The position numbers were made by a program, and so were the translations under genes. DNA of 64,000 nt. Source: Octopus bimaculoides. Taxonomy: Eukaryota. Location: positions 36,997,374 through 37,061,373 of the forward strand of contig NC_068999.1 in the NCBI RefSeq assembly GCF_001194135.2. The letters run 5' to 3'. The notes under the pieces are model-generated. The model made no database searches. It saw only the letters and a list, made by a program, of their open reading frames with translations, and was not told the DNA's origin. This document shows, one piece after another, positions 51,891 through 63,956 of this stretch (the stretch's first letter is position 1; every line of letters starts with the position of its first letter).

Positions 51891-52665
51891 GTAACTTGCC
51901 ACACATGCTATTATATATTTTATACCTTGATCCATTTGATGATTATACATTTTAGATTATAATTATTATAAAAAGTACCTGACATGTATTGGAGTTTGTC
52001 ATCCTCATCATCGTCGTTTAATGCCCACTCTCCATGCTGGAATGGTTTGGACAGTTCGACTGAGGACTGGCAAGCCAGAAAGCTGTACCAGGCTCCAATC
52101 TGATCTGGAAAGGTTTCTACAGCTGAATGCCCTTCCTAACGCTAACCACTCTGAGAGTGTAGTGGATGCTTTTTATGTGCCTCCAGCACAAGGGCTAGTC
52201 AGGTGGTACTGGCATCAACCACAATTCAATGGTGTTTTTTACATGCCACTGGCACAGGAGCAAGTCAGTCGGCACTGGCAATGACAACACTCAAATGGTG
52301 CTTCTTACATACTACCTGCAAGGGAGCCAGTTAGGCTGCACTGGCATCAACCACACTCAAATGGTACTTTTTATATGCCACTGGCAAGGGAGCCTGTCAG
52401 GCGACACTGGCATTGACCACACTCAAATGGTGCTTTTCACCCACATTTTTGTACCACTATAAAGATGGTACGTTGGATTTCTTCTGTGAACTGACATTAA
52501 GATCTTTTAGCTACATAGGTTTTCCAGTAAGCTATAACATATTATTGCTTCAAATGAACATGCATTAAATTTATTAAAATATGGTATTCATACTGGAATA
52601 GCGACCACTTCTAGGGAATAATGTGGCAATTCTGACATGTTTTGTTGTCTCTGTTTTGTTTATAG

Positions 52666-52955
52666 AAGACGACGTCTCTATGCAAGTCTTAACCTCACTG
52701 ATTTACTCACTGCTGAAGGAATATCATGTGATGAATTGATTCCTATAAATATTTTTGATCCTGAATCTAAAAATATAGATATAATTGAAGAACGAACAAC
52801 TCCTTTCAAAACATATCTTCCACTTGAGATCTTTGATAATGAAGAATATGATTGCCGCACACCCTATGAATGGGTACGTATGGGAGAAGAGAACAATATT
52901 TTGAAACCAGTTCCAGGACTTGCTTTTTTAAAGAATCATCCAAAAGATGATCAAG
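52666..52955 (+). CDS. DNAH1: DNAH1 exon
   Basis: tttatag/gtattt, 290 nt, phase 2/1; RRRLYASLNLTDLL...YLPLEIFDNEEYDCRTPYEWVRMG...KPVPGLAFL, characteristic of DNAH1. Confidence 0.94.
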
Positions 52956-53357
52956 GTATTTCTTTAACTTGTATTATCTTCATCTCTCCAAATTTTTTCA
53001 TTTATTTTTACTTTATACTTATCTCCTATATTACTGTAATACTTCAGAGCTCTACTACCACCACCACCACCACAGTCCCCAGCATACATATACATACATG
53101 CATGCATACATACATTCATTCATTCAAAAGGATCATACTACATGATCCTTTTGACTGAACATCACATGGAATTAATATCTGCATTTGAAATAACAACACA
53201 TGAGTTCTTATCAGACTTTACACATCATGGGAAAGAAGACTGTTTATGCATTCTACACAACACATTTCTTGGATAACGGAACAGCAACTTTAACATTCTA
53301 AACATATTTTTATTTTCATATTTTCCTTTTACATTTTCTGCATTAAATCTAATTTCT

Positions 53358-53403
<46 letters not shown>

Positions 53404-53679
53404 ATAACTTCTAAAAATGTGAACTCCACTAATTCTTTCCTTTGAAGCTATTTTAACTTGTTTCTGATGGAATATCATTTATTTCCTTGAGACTGTTGTA
53501 AGACTGCCTTTCTATCTATAAATTCCTTAGGAATACCAAATTGGTTTGGCTTTATCTTATTTTATTCAATATATACATGCTCACACACACCCTGCCTTAG
53601 ACTACTCACACATGCTATTATTGAACCAGGAGCTCAGCAACAGTCCTTTTGTGGCACTTACATACCCTTACCTGCCTTG

Positions 53680-55285
53680 TGGATCTTCTGGATATCTAAA
53701 CATCTCATATTGTGTGCTTAAAATATCAGATGGTGTCGACTATAGTCCAGTCATCCCTATAGTCAGTCAGGTGATACATGGAATCATAACCAATGACTGG
53801 TATAGCAGCACCATAATCAACTGCTACAAAGGTTAAGGTGATGCATTAGATACAAATAATTACAGATGTATCAAGTTGTTGGATCAGGTAATGAAAGTCA
53901 CAGAGAGGGTCACAGCCCAACTAATTAGGGAGAGAGTCAGTCTAGATGAGATGCAGTTTGGGTTTGTGCCAGAGAAAAGCACCACTGCTACTATATTTGT
54001 GGTAAGACAGCTGCAAGAGAAATACCTAGCCAAAGATAAACCTCTTTTCCTGGCTTTTGTTGATATGGAGAAAGCCTTTGACAGGGTCCTCTGATCCCTT
54101 ATCTGGTGGTCAATGCAGAAACCAGGGATAGATGAGTGGTTAGTGAGTGCTGTCCAAGCCATGTACAGGGATGCTGTCAGTAAGGTGAAAACGAGAAGTA
54201 GTTGATAGCTTCCGTTACCTAGGTGACCAAGTCGGTAGTGGGGGTGGTTGCTCTAAAAGTATAGCTGCTAGAATAAGAATAGCCTGGGCAAAGTTCAGAG
54301 AGCTCCTACCTCTGCTGGTGACAAAGGGAGTCTTGCTCAGAGTAAAAGGCAGACTGTATGATGCATGTATACGAACAGCCATGCTACATGGCAGTGAAAC
54401 GTGGGCCATGACTGCTGAGGACATGCGTAAGCTCACAAGGAATGAAGCCAGTATGCTCCGATGGATGTGTAATGTCAGAGTGCATACACGGCAGAGTGTA
54501 ATTGCCCTGAGATAAAAGCTGGACGTAAGAATCATCAGATGTGGTGTACAAGACAGACGACTGTGCTGGTATGATCATGTGTTGTGTGTGGATGAGGACA
54601 GCTGTGTGAAAAAGTGTCACACCCTAGCAGTAGAGGGAACCTATGGAAGAGGAAGACCTGGGATAAGATGCTGAAACACGACCTGCAAACATTGGGCCTC
54701 ACCAAGGCAATGACAAGTGACCGACACCTTTGGAGATATGCTGTGCTTGTGAAGACTCTGCAAGCCAAGTGAGACTGTAACTGTGGCCTATGCCAGTGCA
54801 GCATAAACAGCCCATTCAAGAGTAGCCTTCAATCATTGGGTAATAAACTGTGCTTGTGAAGACCTGTTGAGTCAAGTGAAGTCATTGTCATGGCTGATGA
54901 CAGTACCACCTGATTGGCATCCATGTTGGTGGCATGTAAAAATCACCAGTCAAACCTGGTTGATGCCAGTGCTGCCTCACCTGTCCTGTGCCAGTGGCAC
55001 ATAAAAATCACCATTCGAGTGTGATCATTGCCAGTGCTGCCTGACTTGCTCCTGTGCCAGTGACACGTAAAAGCACCATTCGAGCTTGATCGATGCCAGT
55101 GTCACCTAACTGGTCCTCTGCCAGTGGCACGTAAAAAGCACCCACTATACTCTTGGAGTGGTTGGCGTTAGGAAGGGCAACAGGCTGTAGAAACATTGCC
55201 AGATTAGATTGGAGCTTGGTGCAGCCATCTGGCTTGCCAACCCTCAGTTAAACCATGCAACCCATGCCAGCATGGAAAGTAGACG
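53680..55285 (+). mobile_element. RTE-clade LINE 3' part with internal deletions
   Basis: EMQFGFVPEKSTT...LQEKYLAKDKPLFLAFVDMEKAFDRV joined directly to VVDSFRYLGD (catalytic YADD region absent); 3' UTR with ~65-bp subrepeats; GAT tail. Confidence 0.88.
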
Positions 55286-55636
55286 TTAAACAATGATAAT
55301 GATATGTAATATATTACTATGTATTTATGTGTATATATGTATATGTATATATAGAGTGCGTGGAAAGTAATTAGGCATTAGAAATTGCTTATAGAATTTT
55401 TAGTGTCACTGAAGTCATGACAGAAAGATTTTTTTTCAACGGAGAACACTAATGGGGATTCTTTATTTTCTTATTGACTAATTGTCCAGATGACTGTTGC
55501 TTAACTGTTCAGGAGCGAGCTAAGATAGTAGCACACTATGAAGTGTGGAATTCCGTTGTTTTGGTTAATGGAAACACATCTAAATATGCCAGGTTATAGA
55601 CATTATTATTTTGTAACAAGAAGTTTTTGTTATTAG

Positions 55637-55789
55637 GTGTTCCTGAAAGTTCTCATGCTTGGAAGAAAGTTGGAGTGCTTGGCTACAAACCTGATACCAA
55701 AGAATATTTTGTTCAAGAAGTGAATTCTGAAGGTCGTTTAATTGATGATGATGGCAATCTTGTGGTAGGGATAACAGATCCTGAAAATG
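55637..55789 (+). CDS. DNAH1: DNAH1 exon
   Basis: ttattag/gtaaat, 153 nt, phase 1/1; ...WKKVGVLGYKPDTKEYFVQEVNSEGRLIDDDGNLVVG... Confidence 0.9.
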
Positions 55790-56139
55790 GTAAATACTTT
55801 TTCTCTCTTACTTTTTACTTTTTTCAGTCATGGGACTAAGACTATGTTGGGGCACCACTTTAACAGGTTTAGTTGAACAAACCATCTACTATCCTAATTT
55901 TGCGTAGTACTTATTCTAATATTCTCTTTCACTGAACTACTTACTTACAGGAATGTGAATAAACCAATCCAAGTTGCCAAACAGTAGGATGTGGGAAAAA
56001 AGTACAAAGGCATTCATGCATGTACACGCACACATGCATGCACATGTACCTGCCATCTCATCACCTTTGCCTTGTACTCTTCTATATTTGATGTAAGTGG
56101 CAACTTCAACTTTGCCTCTTAGCAGCATAGGTCAACATC

Positions 56140-57688
56140 AGTCTGATTTAGTGAATTCTTTCATCTGTTTGGTGTCTATTAAAGTTTTATTGCACCATCT
56201 CCAAGATTCTTCATTGGCTGTTTTGATAATGTAGGGTTCCTTTTGCCACCTACTTCGAAGCTGATTTCTTGACTCACTTTCCCTTTCCTCGGGGAGAATT
56301 CCAGACTTCTTCAGTTTGAAGGTTATTATGTCATCCATTTTTCTGAGCAAATTACAAGCCTCTGACTCTTTGGATGCTAGAATAGTAGCATCATCCAAGA
56401 AGGCAGTGACATTTGACATTTGCCAAGTTCTGCAGGTTTCGCTTTGCTTTCTACATCACTTAGGAGCGCCTACATCACCAGAATAAAGAGTATTGGTGAC
56501 ATTGTGCATCTCTTTGTGATTTCCACCTACAGTCTAGCTTAATTGTGTATTCTCTGGTGCTAAACCATATCTTAAATCTGATGAAAAATGCATCATATAT
56601 TTTGGATATTCTCTTCCAAATATGGTACATCTAGAAAAATATTTGTATCATCTGGTGGAGTACAAAACCGTAGGCTTTTGTCAAACCCAACCACATCCTA
56701 TCCAAGTGAATGTTGTTCTCCTTCACTTACTAGATGGCTTCCCAGATCATACTTCCATGTTCCAGGCAACTAGCTCCACTAGAGACATCGTCCTTCTTAA
56801 TTGATGCGCCAATATAGTTGTTGCTGAGGAGATAATCTTGATGCCATTATTATGAAGAATATCTTTCCTTCTACATTCAAGAGTGAGATTAGGTAGAACT
56901 AGATCACATTCTCTGAGTGCTGTTCCTTGGCAATGTACCTACTAGCTGCTTTCAGCCACTGGCAGCTGACATGAAAGTTCTATAGCAACTTTATTTAACA
57001 TGTAACCCTCTGAAGACCTTTGAGCCAGAAAGGTATACTGTTCAAGAGAAAGGCAGACTTTTTCCTAGCTTTCTTAGCCACTTGCTGAAATGTTGGAGAT
57101 TTCCTGTTACTTTCTTCTTCCCTAGTATGGTTGGACTACACCAGGTTTGCAATGTGCTCAGGGGACTGACTCTGTGCTGCCTGGTCTCTGAATATGTCTT
57201 ATTCATCAAGTGCTCTTTCAGAGTGACTTTCTCTGTTCAGAATGCATCTGATTGTAACTGATGAGGCTCCTGGTATACTTGTAAGGCTCCCAGAAGAACA
57301 TTTCTTGCTGTCTCTTTAATTGCAGTCGTCTCTTCCCCATGTATTCTACCTTTCTTTGAGGTATTTCCAGATCTTCCCTAATCCTGCTTTATCTTCAGAA
57401 TTTCAGGTGCATAACTGTCTTTCCAAATTCCTTTTCTTGTTCCGTAATTTTTCCATCTGTCTTTACCTCTTGTTCTTCTTTGCTGGAAGTTCTCCATTTG
57501 TTTTTACCTCTTGTTCTTCTTCGCTGGTGATCTTGTGTTTTTTTTCAGCCAGTCTTTTGTACGATGCTTGACAAATTCCATCATCAAGCTTACTTCAACT
57601 CTCGCATTGGTTAATGGCAGGAATTTTGGTTTGGCTCTCATCAGAAGCATCGTTTTCTTGCTTATTAGATCCTTTTACTTTGAGGCCC

Positions 57689-57690
<2 letters not shown>
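56140..57690 (-). mobile_element. HERO-like (R2 superfamily, RLE) non-LTR RT fragment
   Basis: KARKKSAFLLNSIPF (SAPGPNG region), MWLGLTKAYGFVLHQ (WLDLxxAYGSVPH), TAFLDDATIL, IIKTANEESWRW; many stops. Confidence 0.75.
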
Positions 57691-57722
<32 letters not shown>

Positions 57723-57759
57723 TTTGCTATTTCTAGCTATTGTCATTATGTTTTCCCAG

Positions 57760-58006
57760 TTATATTAGCAGAAAACCAGTCATGGACACCAAGAATTTAT
57801 TTAATGTTCTGTGCTGAAGATCCTCGAGTATTTGCCAAGCGTATTGCTGAAGCTGTCAAACAGCGAAAAACAACAGAAGCTTTGTTACGTTACCATCTTT
57901 ATGTTGATTGCATGCCAATGGATGGAGTTGGTGAACTTGATCAGGCATCTCTCAAGAGAATGACAGAATGGGCAAAAAATACATGTGGAATTTACAAAGA
58001 CAAAAA
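57760..58006 (+). CDS. DNAH1: DNAH1 exon
   Basis: ttttcccag (alternative in-frame acceptor 9 nt downstream, at 57769) / gtaaaa; phase 1/2; WTPRIYLMFCAEDPRVFAKRI...RKTTEALLRYHLYVDCMP. Confidence 0.93.
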
Positions 58007-59081
58007 GTAAAAATTATTTTATTTTAAAAATTGTCTTCTATTTTTACTATGTTTACTGAATGTAAAACAAAAGAAAATGTTTGGAATAATCTATATGAGC
58101 AAAAATGGATGGATCTCATAAGCTGACAACTTTGCTCTAAATTTCTCATGATTATTTTTGGGGGCATTTTATAGGTTACACTATTTTGTTTCCATATCTT
58201 TGAGGAAATGCCTAATGAGAAAGTTACCTTACTATACTTTAGAGAGAAGAAGAATTGTGATAGTAGGCGTTTAAGACGGGTAGGAGTGGTCAAATGGGGA
58301 TTTGATGTGTGTGCGTGTGTGTGTATGTGTGTGTGCTATAGGGAGTTGGTGAGAGAGTAGTGGGATGTTTTTCCAAAAATGCCAAATCAGTGAATGTTTT
58401 TTTCTATAACCTCTTGTTATTATTCTCTCAAAATAGGTTTGGGGTTGTCTTCATACTTGCAAAGATGGAATTTCCTCTCCACTGCATGACTCTATTCAAT
58501 TTATAATTTTGGAGATTTTTTTCTTTTGTTAACGAAAATCAATCATCAAAGCTAAAATGAAATGTTCTCATTATTGAGCATAACTTTAATTAAATAATCT
58601 CTAGTTAAGAATCAGATCTGAGTGTTCAAATTTAGAATTCAGTAAAATTACACCAAACTACAAGGCATAGAATCCAAAAGAAGTCCATAGCTGCTTGAAT
58701 TAGTGCATGTGGAATCAAAAAATTTGTAAATAAATTGGTGAGAAGTTGGTGAACCTCTGTGCCAGCAGAAATGATTTGAAAGAAATAACGAAAGTTAGGA
58801 TGAACTGTGAACATAAAAGTCTGCTAACTCTCGAAGGACACAAAGCAAGGTAGGTATCCTAATGTAAGATGAGAGTTAGCTGTTGCTGATTGGAGTTTGG
58901 AGAGCACACCATGGTGCTTTAATAAGAAGAAAGTATGATACTGTTGAATGATTTCTTAAGGAGTAATCAATGTCATCAGAAATATATTATTATCTATTGG
59001 ACTATCTGCTAAGTTTTAACTTTTTATTCAATGTCATACAACTTTGATGTTTCTATATTCATTTCTCTTTCTTTTCAACAG

Positions 59082-59239
59082 TCTTGAAGATCATATCCAA
59101 CTCTTGGAGAAAGAAGTGAATATAGATTTTTGTAGAACAATGAACAAGATAATATTTGACAAAACCGTAAGGGATGATCCAATAACGTTTACATTTGTTA
59201 CACAACCTGAACCAATTGTTGAAAAGCTTTCAATGCAAG
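59082..59239 (+). CDS. DNAH1: DNAH1 exon
   Basis: cttttcaacag/gtgatt, 158 nt, phase 2/1; LEDHIQLLEKEVNIDFCRTMNKIIFDKTVRDDPITFTFVTQP. Confidence 0.92.
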
Positions 59240-59308
59240 GTGATTATTGGTTTATCTCAAAGAAAATATGTAACTGTAAAACAATATATTGTTTAATACA
59301 GTTCTATA

Positions 59309-59767
59309 TTTAAGAGATGAGGAATTATTTACATTATTTACATTTGACGGATATTTGTCCTCATCTTGTTTGTTGTTAACACAATGTTTCGGCTGATATA
59401 CCCTCCAGCCTTCGTCAGGTGTCTTGGGGAAATTTTGAACCTGGGTTCTCATTCCTAACGATGTTACTATTATTATATTATTATTATCATTACTATTATT
59501 AATCAGGTCGCTGCCGTGAATCGAACTCGGAATCTTGGGGTTAGTAGCCTGCGCTCTTAACCACTACGCCATATGCCCGTGGGCAATTATGGAGTGGATT
59601 TTAGGGGTTATAAATCTATTATTTTTCTATCCTTCCTCAATACCGGTTCCCATATGCTATTCATATCTGCACTCGGTCTGCTTAGGAGGTTGTTGTGTCC
59701 TAGCATATGTGCTGCTTCTTTTAGTTTTCGTATTTTCCAGTGTTGTTCCCTGTCTATTATTTTAACT
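59309..59767 (-). mobile_element. Penelope-like 3' end: GIY-YIG C-terminus, tRNA-like cassette, (AAT)n and hammerhead-like tail
   Basis: VKIIDREQHWKIRKLKEAAHMLGHNNLLSRPS...-TAA (59608); A box TGGCGTAGTGG, B box GAGTTCGATTC; motif at 59378-59423. Confidence 0.85.
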
Positions 59768-59852
59768 TGAATAATAATAGTAATAATAATAATAATAATA
59801 TAATAATAGTAACATCGTTAGGAATGAGAACCCAGGTTCAAAATTTCCCCAA

Positions 59853-59898
59853 GACACCTGACGAAGGCTGGAGGGTATATCAGCCGAAACGTTGTGTT
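59853..59898 (+). ncRNA. Minimal type I hammerhead-ribozyme-like motif
   Basis: GACAC-CTGACGA-A-GGCTG(10-nt loop)CAGCC-GAA-ACGT-T-GTGTT: conserved core, 5-bp stem II, palindromic ACGT stem III, 5-bp stem I (one G-U). Activity untested. Confidence 0.6.
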
Positions 59899-60597
59899 AA
59901 CAACAAACAAGATGAGGACAAATATCCATCAAATGTAAATAATGTAATATAGTGTTTAGTTTTGGAAACAGAATTAACCCTTTAGCATCTGAACTGACCA
60001 TATCCGGCCCAAAATATTCAACCAGTTTCTAGTGTCTCACACATATCCAATAAAATAATTTAAAAAACAATCACATCATTGAAATCTTGAAGCTATGAGA
60101 TAATACATGATTAATTCAAAACAGATGAGAATAAATAATTATTACATTTGACAAAATAATTTGCATGCTAAAGGGTTATGTAAAATATTGTCAGTAAAAT
60201 GTTTGAGAGAATAGATAATTAATGTTTCACAATTAGTCAGCGATTGTGCTAATTTTTGAATATTAATTTAACAATACCAAGTGGTTAAAGTAACTGATAT
60301 TCCATGTCTTTAGAGATTAAAAGTAATTCTTTGATTCAATTTTTATTCTGATAACATATCTCAATGTTGATAAAATATTTATCCTGCCATGCATCCATCC
60401 ATCCATCCATGCATTCATACATCTATCTGTCCTTCCATCCATACACCCATCCATCCATCCATCCATCTATAGTTAACTAATGTCATATCTGTAAAACCAC
60501 TTCAATTTCTTTGATCTTAACAAAGAAGAAGAATCAAGGGTATTGATAATACATATGTTATAGCCAAAACTAAAAGTGTGTTTTAGAAAGATTAATA

Positions 60598-61029
60598 AGC
60601 GCAGGAGTGGCTGTGTGGTAAGTAGCTTGCTTACCAACCACATGAGTCCGGGTTCAGTCCCACTGCGTGACACCTTGGGCAAGTGTCTTCTACTATAGCC
60701 TCGGGCCGACCAAAGCCTTGTGAGTGGATTTGGTAGAAGGAAACTGAAAGAAGCCCGCCGTATATATCATCATCATCATCATCATCATCATCGTTTAACG
60801 TCCGCTTTCCATGCTAGCATGGGTTGGACGATTTGACTGAGGACTGGTGAACCGGATGGCAACACCAGGCTCCAATCTAATTTGGCAGAGTTTCTACAGC
60901 TGGATGCCCTTCCTAACTGCTCTTATAATGCAGCAATTCCTTCCTCAGTAACACAATCTCATTATATTAAACTCTATGGATCATAGGATATTTAGCATTT
61001 AGATAATAATTAAAAATAATGCAATATAT

Positions 61030-61067
<38 letters not shown>

Positions 61068-61275
61068 TTGTGTGCGTGTTTGTGTGTCTGTGTTTGTCCC
61101 CCTAGCATTGCTTGACAACCGATGCTGGTGTGTTTATGTCCCCGTCACTTAGCAGTTCGGCAAAAGGGACCGATAGAATAAGTACTAGGCTTACAAAGAA
61201 TAAGTCCCGGGGTCGATTTGCTCGACTAAAGGTGGTGCTCCAGCATGGCCGCAGTCAAATGACTGAAACAAATAT
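60598..61275 (+). mobile_element. tRNA-derived SINE (head 60598-60765, tail about 61080-61275) split by later insertions
   Basis: A box TGGCTGTGTGG, B box GGTTCAGTCC, GGGCAAGTGTC core; the central microsatellite carries an RTE tail and a 111-bp duplicated segment. Confidence 0.8.
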
Positions 61276-61742
61276 AAAAAAAAAAAAAAAGAAAAAAGAA
61301 AAAAGAATCTTTGATTGTAATCAATCTTTGCCTTTTAGATTTGATGACAAAACTAAAGATATGTAACAGTGTAACTCATCATATGATGTGTAACTTTTGA
61401 AGTATATTTTTGTTGCTGTGGGTGATATAAAATATAGTGTACATACAATGAATATAACTTGTCAAATTTCTTGTTGTTTATACTGCATGACAAAATGAAT
61501 AATGATTTTAAAATGAAAAATATTTATTACTTATAAGTAATTTAAATAAAACAAATTTCTCAGTTGTATAAATATTCTGTCACCTCCTCCTTTTCTCCCT
61601 CCTCCCCTCCTCCTCTGTTTCTATGATTCTTTCTCTTTCAAAACGTATGTGTGTAATGTTCTTTTACTTATTACCTGTCACCAAGCCTAGTATGAGCACT
61701 CATTTTGCACTTCATATGTTAACTCTTTTTGTTTCTCTCATT

Positions 61743-61786
<44 letters not shown>

Positions 61787-62127
61787 CTAAATGATGTAAA
61801 ATATAACAGAAGAAATCAACCAACCAACCTGACGACCACCCAACACTTATAACTGCTCTTATAATGCAGCAATTCCTTCCTCAGTAACACAATCTCATTA
61901 TATTAAACTCTATGGATCATAGAATATTTAGCATTTAGATAATAATTAAAAATAATGCAAACAATTTTTGTTATTAATTTATAAGAGAGAGAAAATGGTT
62001 ATACTCATGGATTTTGATGGTTTTTCTTAGATTGGCAAAATTGAGATAGTAGTTTAGTTTCTTTGCTGTGGCTAAGTTAGCTGAAGAAATTTCCAAGACT
62101 AATGAATAAATGCTTCTCTTAATTTAG

Positions 62128-62342
62128 GTGTATGTGAGGATGTTCCAGATTACCCATTTGAAGAACAATATGATAAGTTTGCTTTCACATCCTTGCTGAC
62201 ACGGGAGGAAACTGTTCATACATGTGTGAAGCTGCGTATAGAGTGTAACAAAGTGGCCTCTATGTCCCTCTTTCATGTGCCCACTACAAAACCCTTGAAA
62301 ATTGATGAATTTGAACAAACACAATCTCAAGCAACTGCTCAG
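62128..62342 (+). CDS. DNAH1: DNAH1 exon
   Basis: aatttag/gtttct, 215 nt, phase 1/0; VPDYPFEEQYDKFAFTSLLTREE...LRIECNKVASMSLFH...IDEFEQTQSQATAQ. Confidence 0.93.
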
Positions 62343-62702
62343 GTTTCTACATTATTTTGAATTTTATATTGGAATTTTTTTCCCCTATACATAAAGATAA
62401 TCATATTCTTGTATCCCTGGAGTGGTTGAAGTTTAGATATATGATATCTCTGACTATGACATCATATTATTCCTGAAGAGTTGTAGGAGCTGAACAGATA
62501 AAATAGCTATTTTAGCTCATTGCATTTGTCTCATGTGCTGCATTCTTACTTAAGACATTTCTTTCCTTGCTTTATTACATTTAACTGATATTGTGTACCC
62601 AGACTACTGGCAAGTACAACAAATAGATGTTTTTGAAACTGAGATGTGTTGCTAATTAATGATAACCTTTAATTCAAAAATTTTTTTGAATTCTTTTCTT
62701 AG

Positions 62703-62870
62703 ATTTCCTTATTTTTGAAAGATAGTTGGATATCCACTCTCCGTGCTGCAATTAGAACAAGCCTTAGAGACATTGGTAAAGGATGGTTCAATATTCATGA
62801 GTCAAACTGGGAAGTTTACCAAAAATCTAAATTGAAAACATTCATGGAAATGGTTAAATTCATAATGCAG
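62703..62870 (+). CDS. DNAH1: DNAH1 exon (last recognisable one in the window)
   Basis: ttttcttag/gtatta, 168 nt, phase 0/0; LFLKDSWISTLRAAIRTSLRDIGKGWFNIHESNWEVYQKSKLKTFMEMVKFIMQ. Confidence 0.95.
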
Positions 62871-63956
62871 GTATTAGATGATTTCTCTTGTAAAAGTTGT
62901 GATGATATTAACTAAACTAAATAATGGAACCAAAATATACAAATGCATTGTTATGATTATTGTTGTGATTGCTTAATTTCAAACAGGGCATGTTTGGCTG
63001 TTTGTAGAACACTGCTAAATGATCATGTCACTAGATCAATTTAGTTTAGATCAAATTTTTGGTTGAGTGTTGTAACATTTCTGAATAGAAACTAGTTTGT
63101 ATATACATATTCTGCTATATTTATATAGATACATGCAAAATCAATCTTCTGCAACATTGTAAGAGGTAAAAAAATCAAGCTATGACCCTCTAATCTGTCT
63201 AGTTATCTTGCAAAGAGAAAGTTAATAGTTTGTAGTTTAACCATATTGACAATTTACTGGATACCATAACAATGAAATTATATGATTCTCTTTCTCTAGT
63301 ATGACTTAAACTGGTATTGTAGTTCTGCTCCTTCAAAAACTTAGCTTTATAGTACTCATTGAGTAGATCAACTCTTATTATTTACTAACAGTTTGATCTC
63401 CATTGATATATGTACTGAGCCTGGGTTCATCAGCCTTTATGCCAACAATGTTGTTCTCTTATCCACAAGACCAACAGTGAAAAAATTGCATGTCAATTTA
63501 TTTATGTCTGTTTGATTATTAGATCACTAGCATACCTGTGTCATCAAATGAGCTGACAATTTTATTAATGATAGAGAATAGCACATTAACACAATGGAAG
63601 AAACCATTGAAAAATGTCAGCAATTGACTAAAATATATGTATATAAACACAGAATTGAACCATTGAAGAATCAGATATGGTTGTAATGTATCAATTGAAA
63701 ATATTAACATCCTTGTAATATGTATATGTTTATGAGGCATCCATACTCACATGGATAAGACACATTTTGAACAGCTGGATGTTTTATCCATCACCGACCA
63801 TCATCTGTTTCTAAGTAAGGTAATATTTCACCATAACCAAACATTGATTACAAGGAAGATTGGAGACAAGAACATCTCTTGCAGTGACACTTGCTTACAA
63901 CTAGTTCCCGATCTCAAGGCAAGGAGACATTGAAACAAAAGCACTGACACACACAA

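Noticed and set aside
52229-52462. ORF with 22-aa tandem repeats (also 48900-49424 and 45469-45765)
   Set aside because: A by-product of the 66-bp subrepeat in the RTE 3' UTR; no coding signature beyond the repeat.
59506-59578. tRNA-like sequences (also 14361, 18887 and 60598) as real tRNA genes
   Set aside because: A and B boxes are present, but acceptor, anticodon and T stems do not pair properly, and each is embedded in a repeat body.
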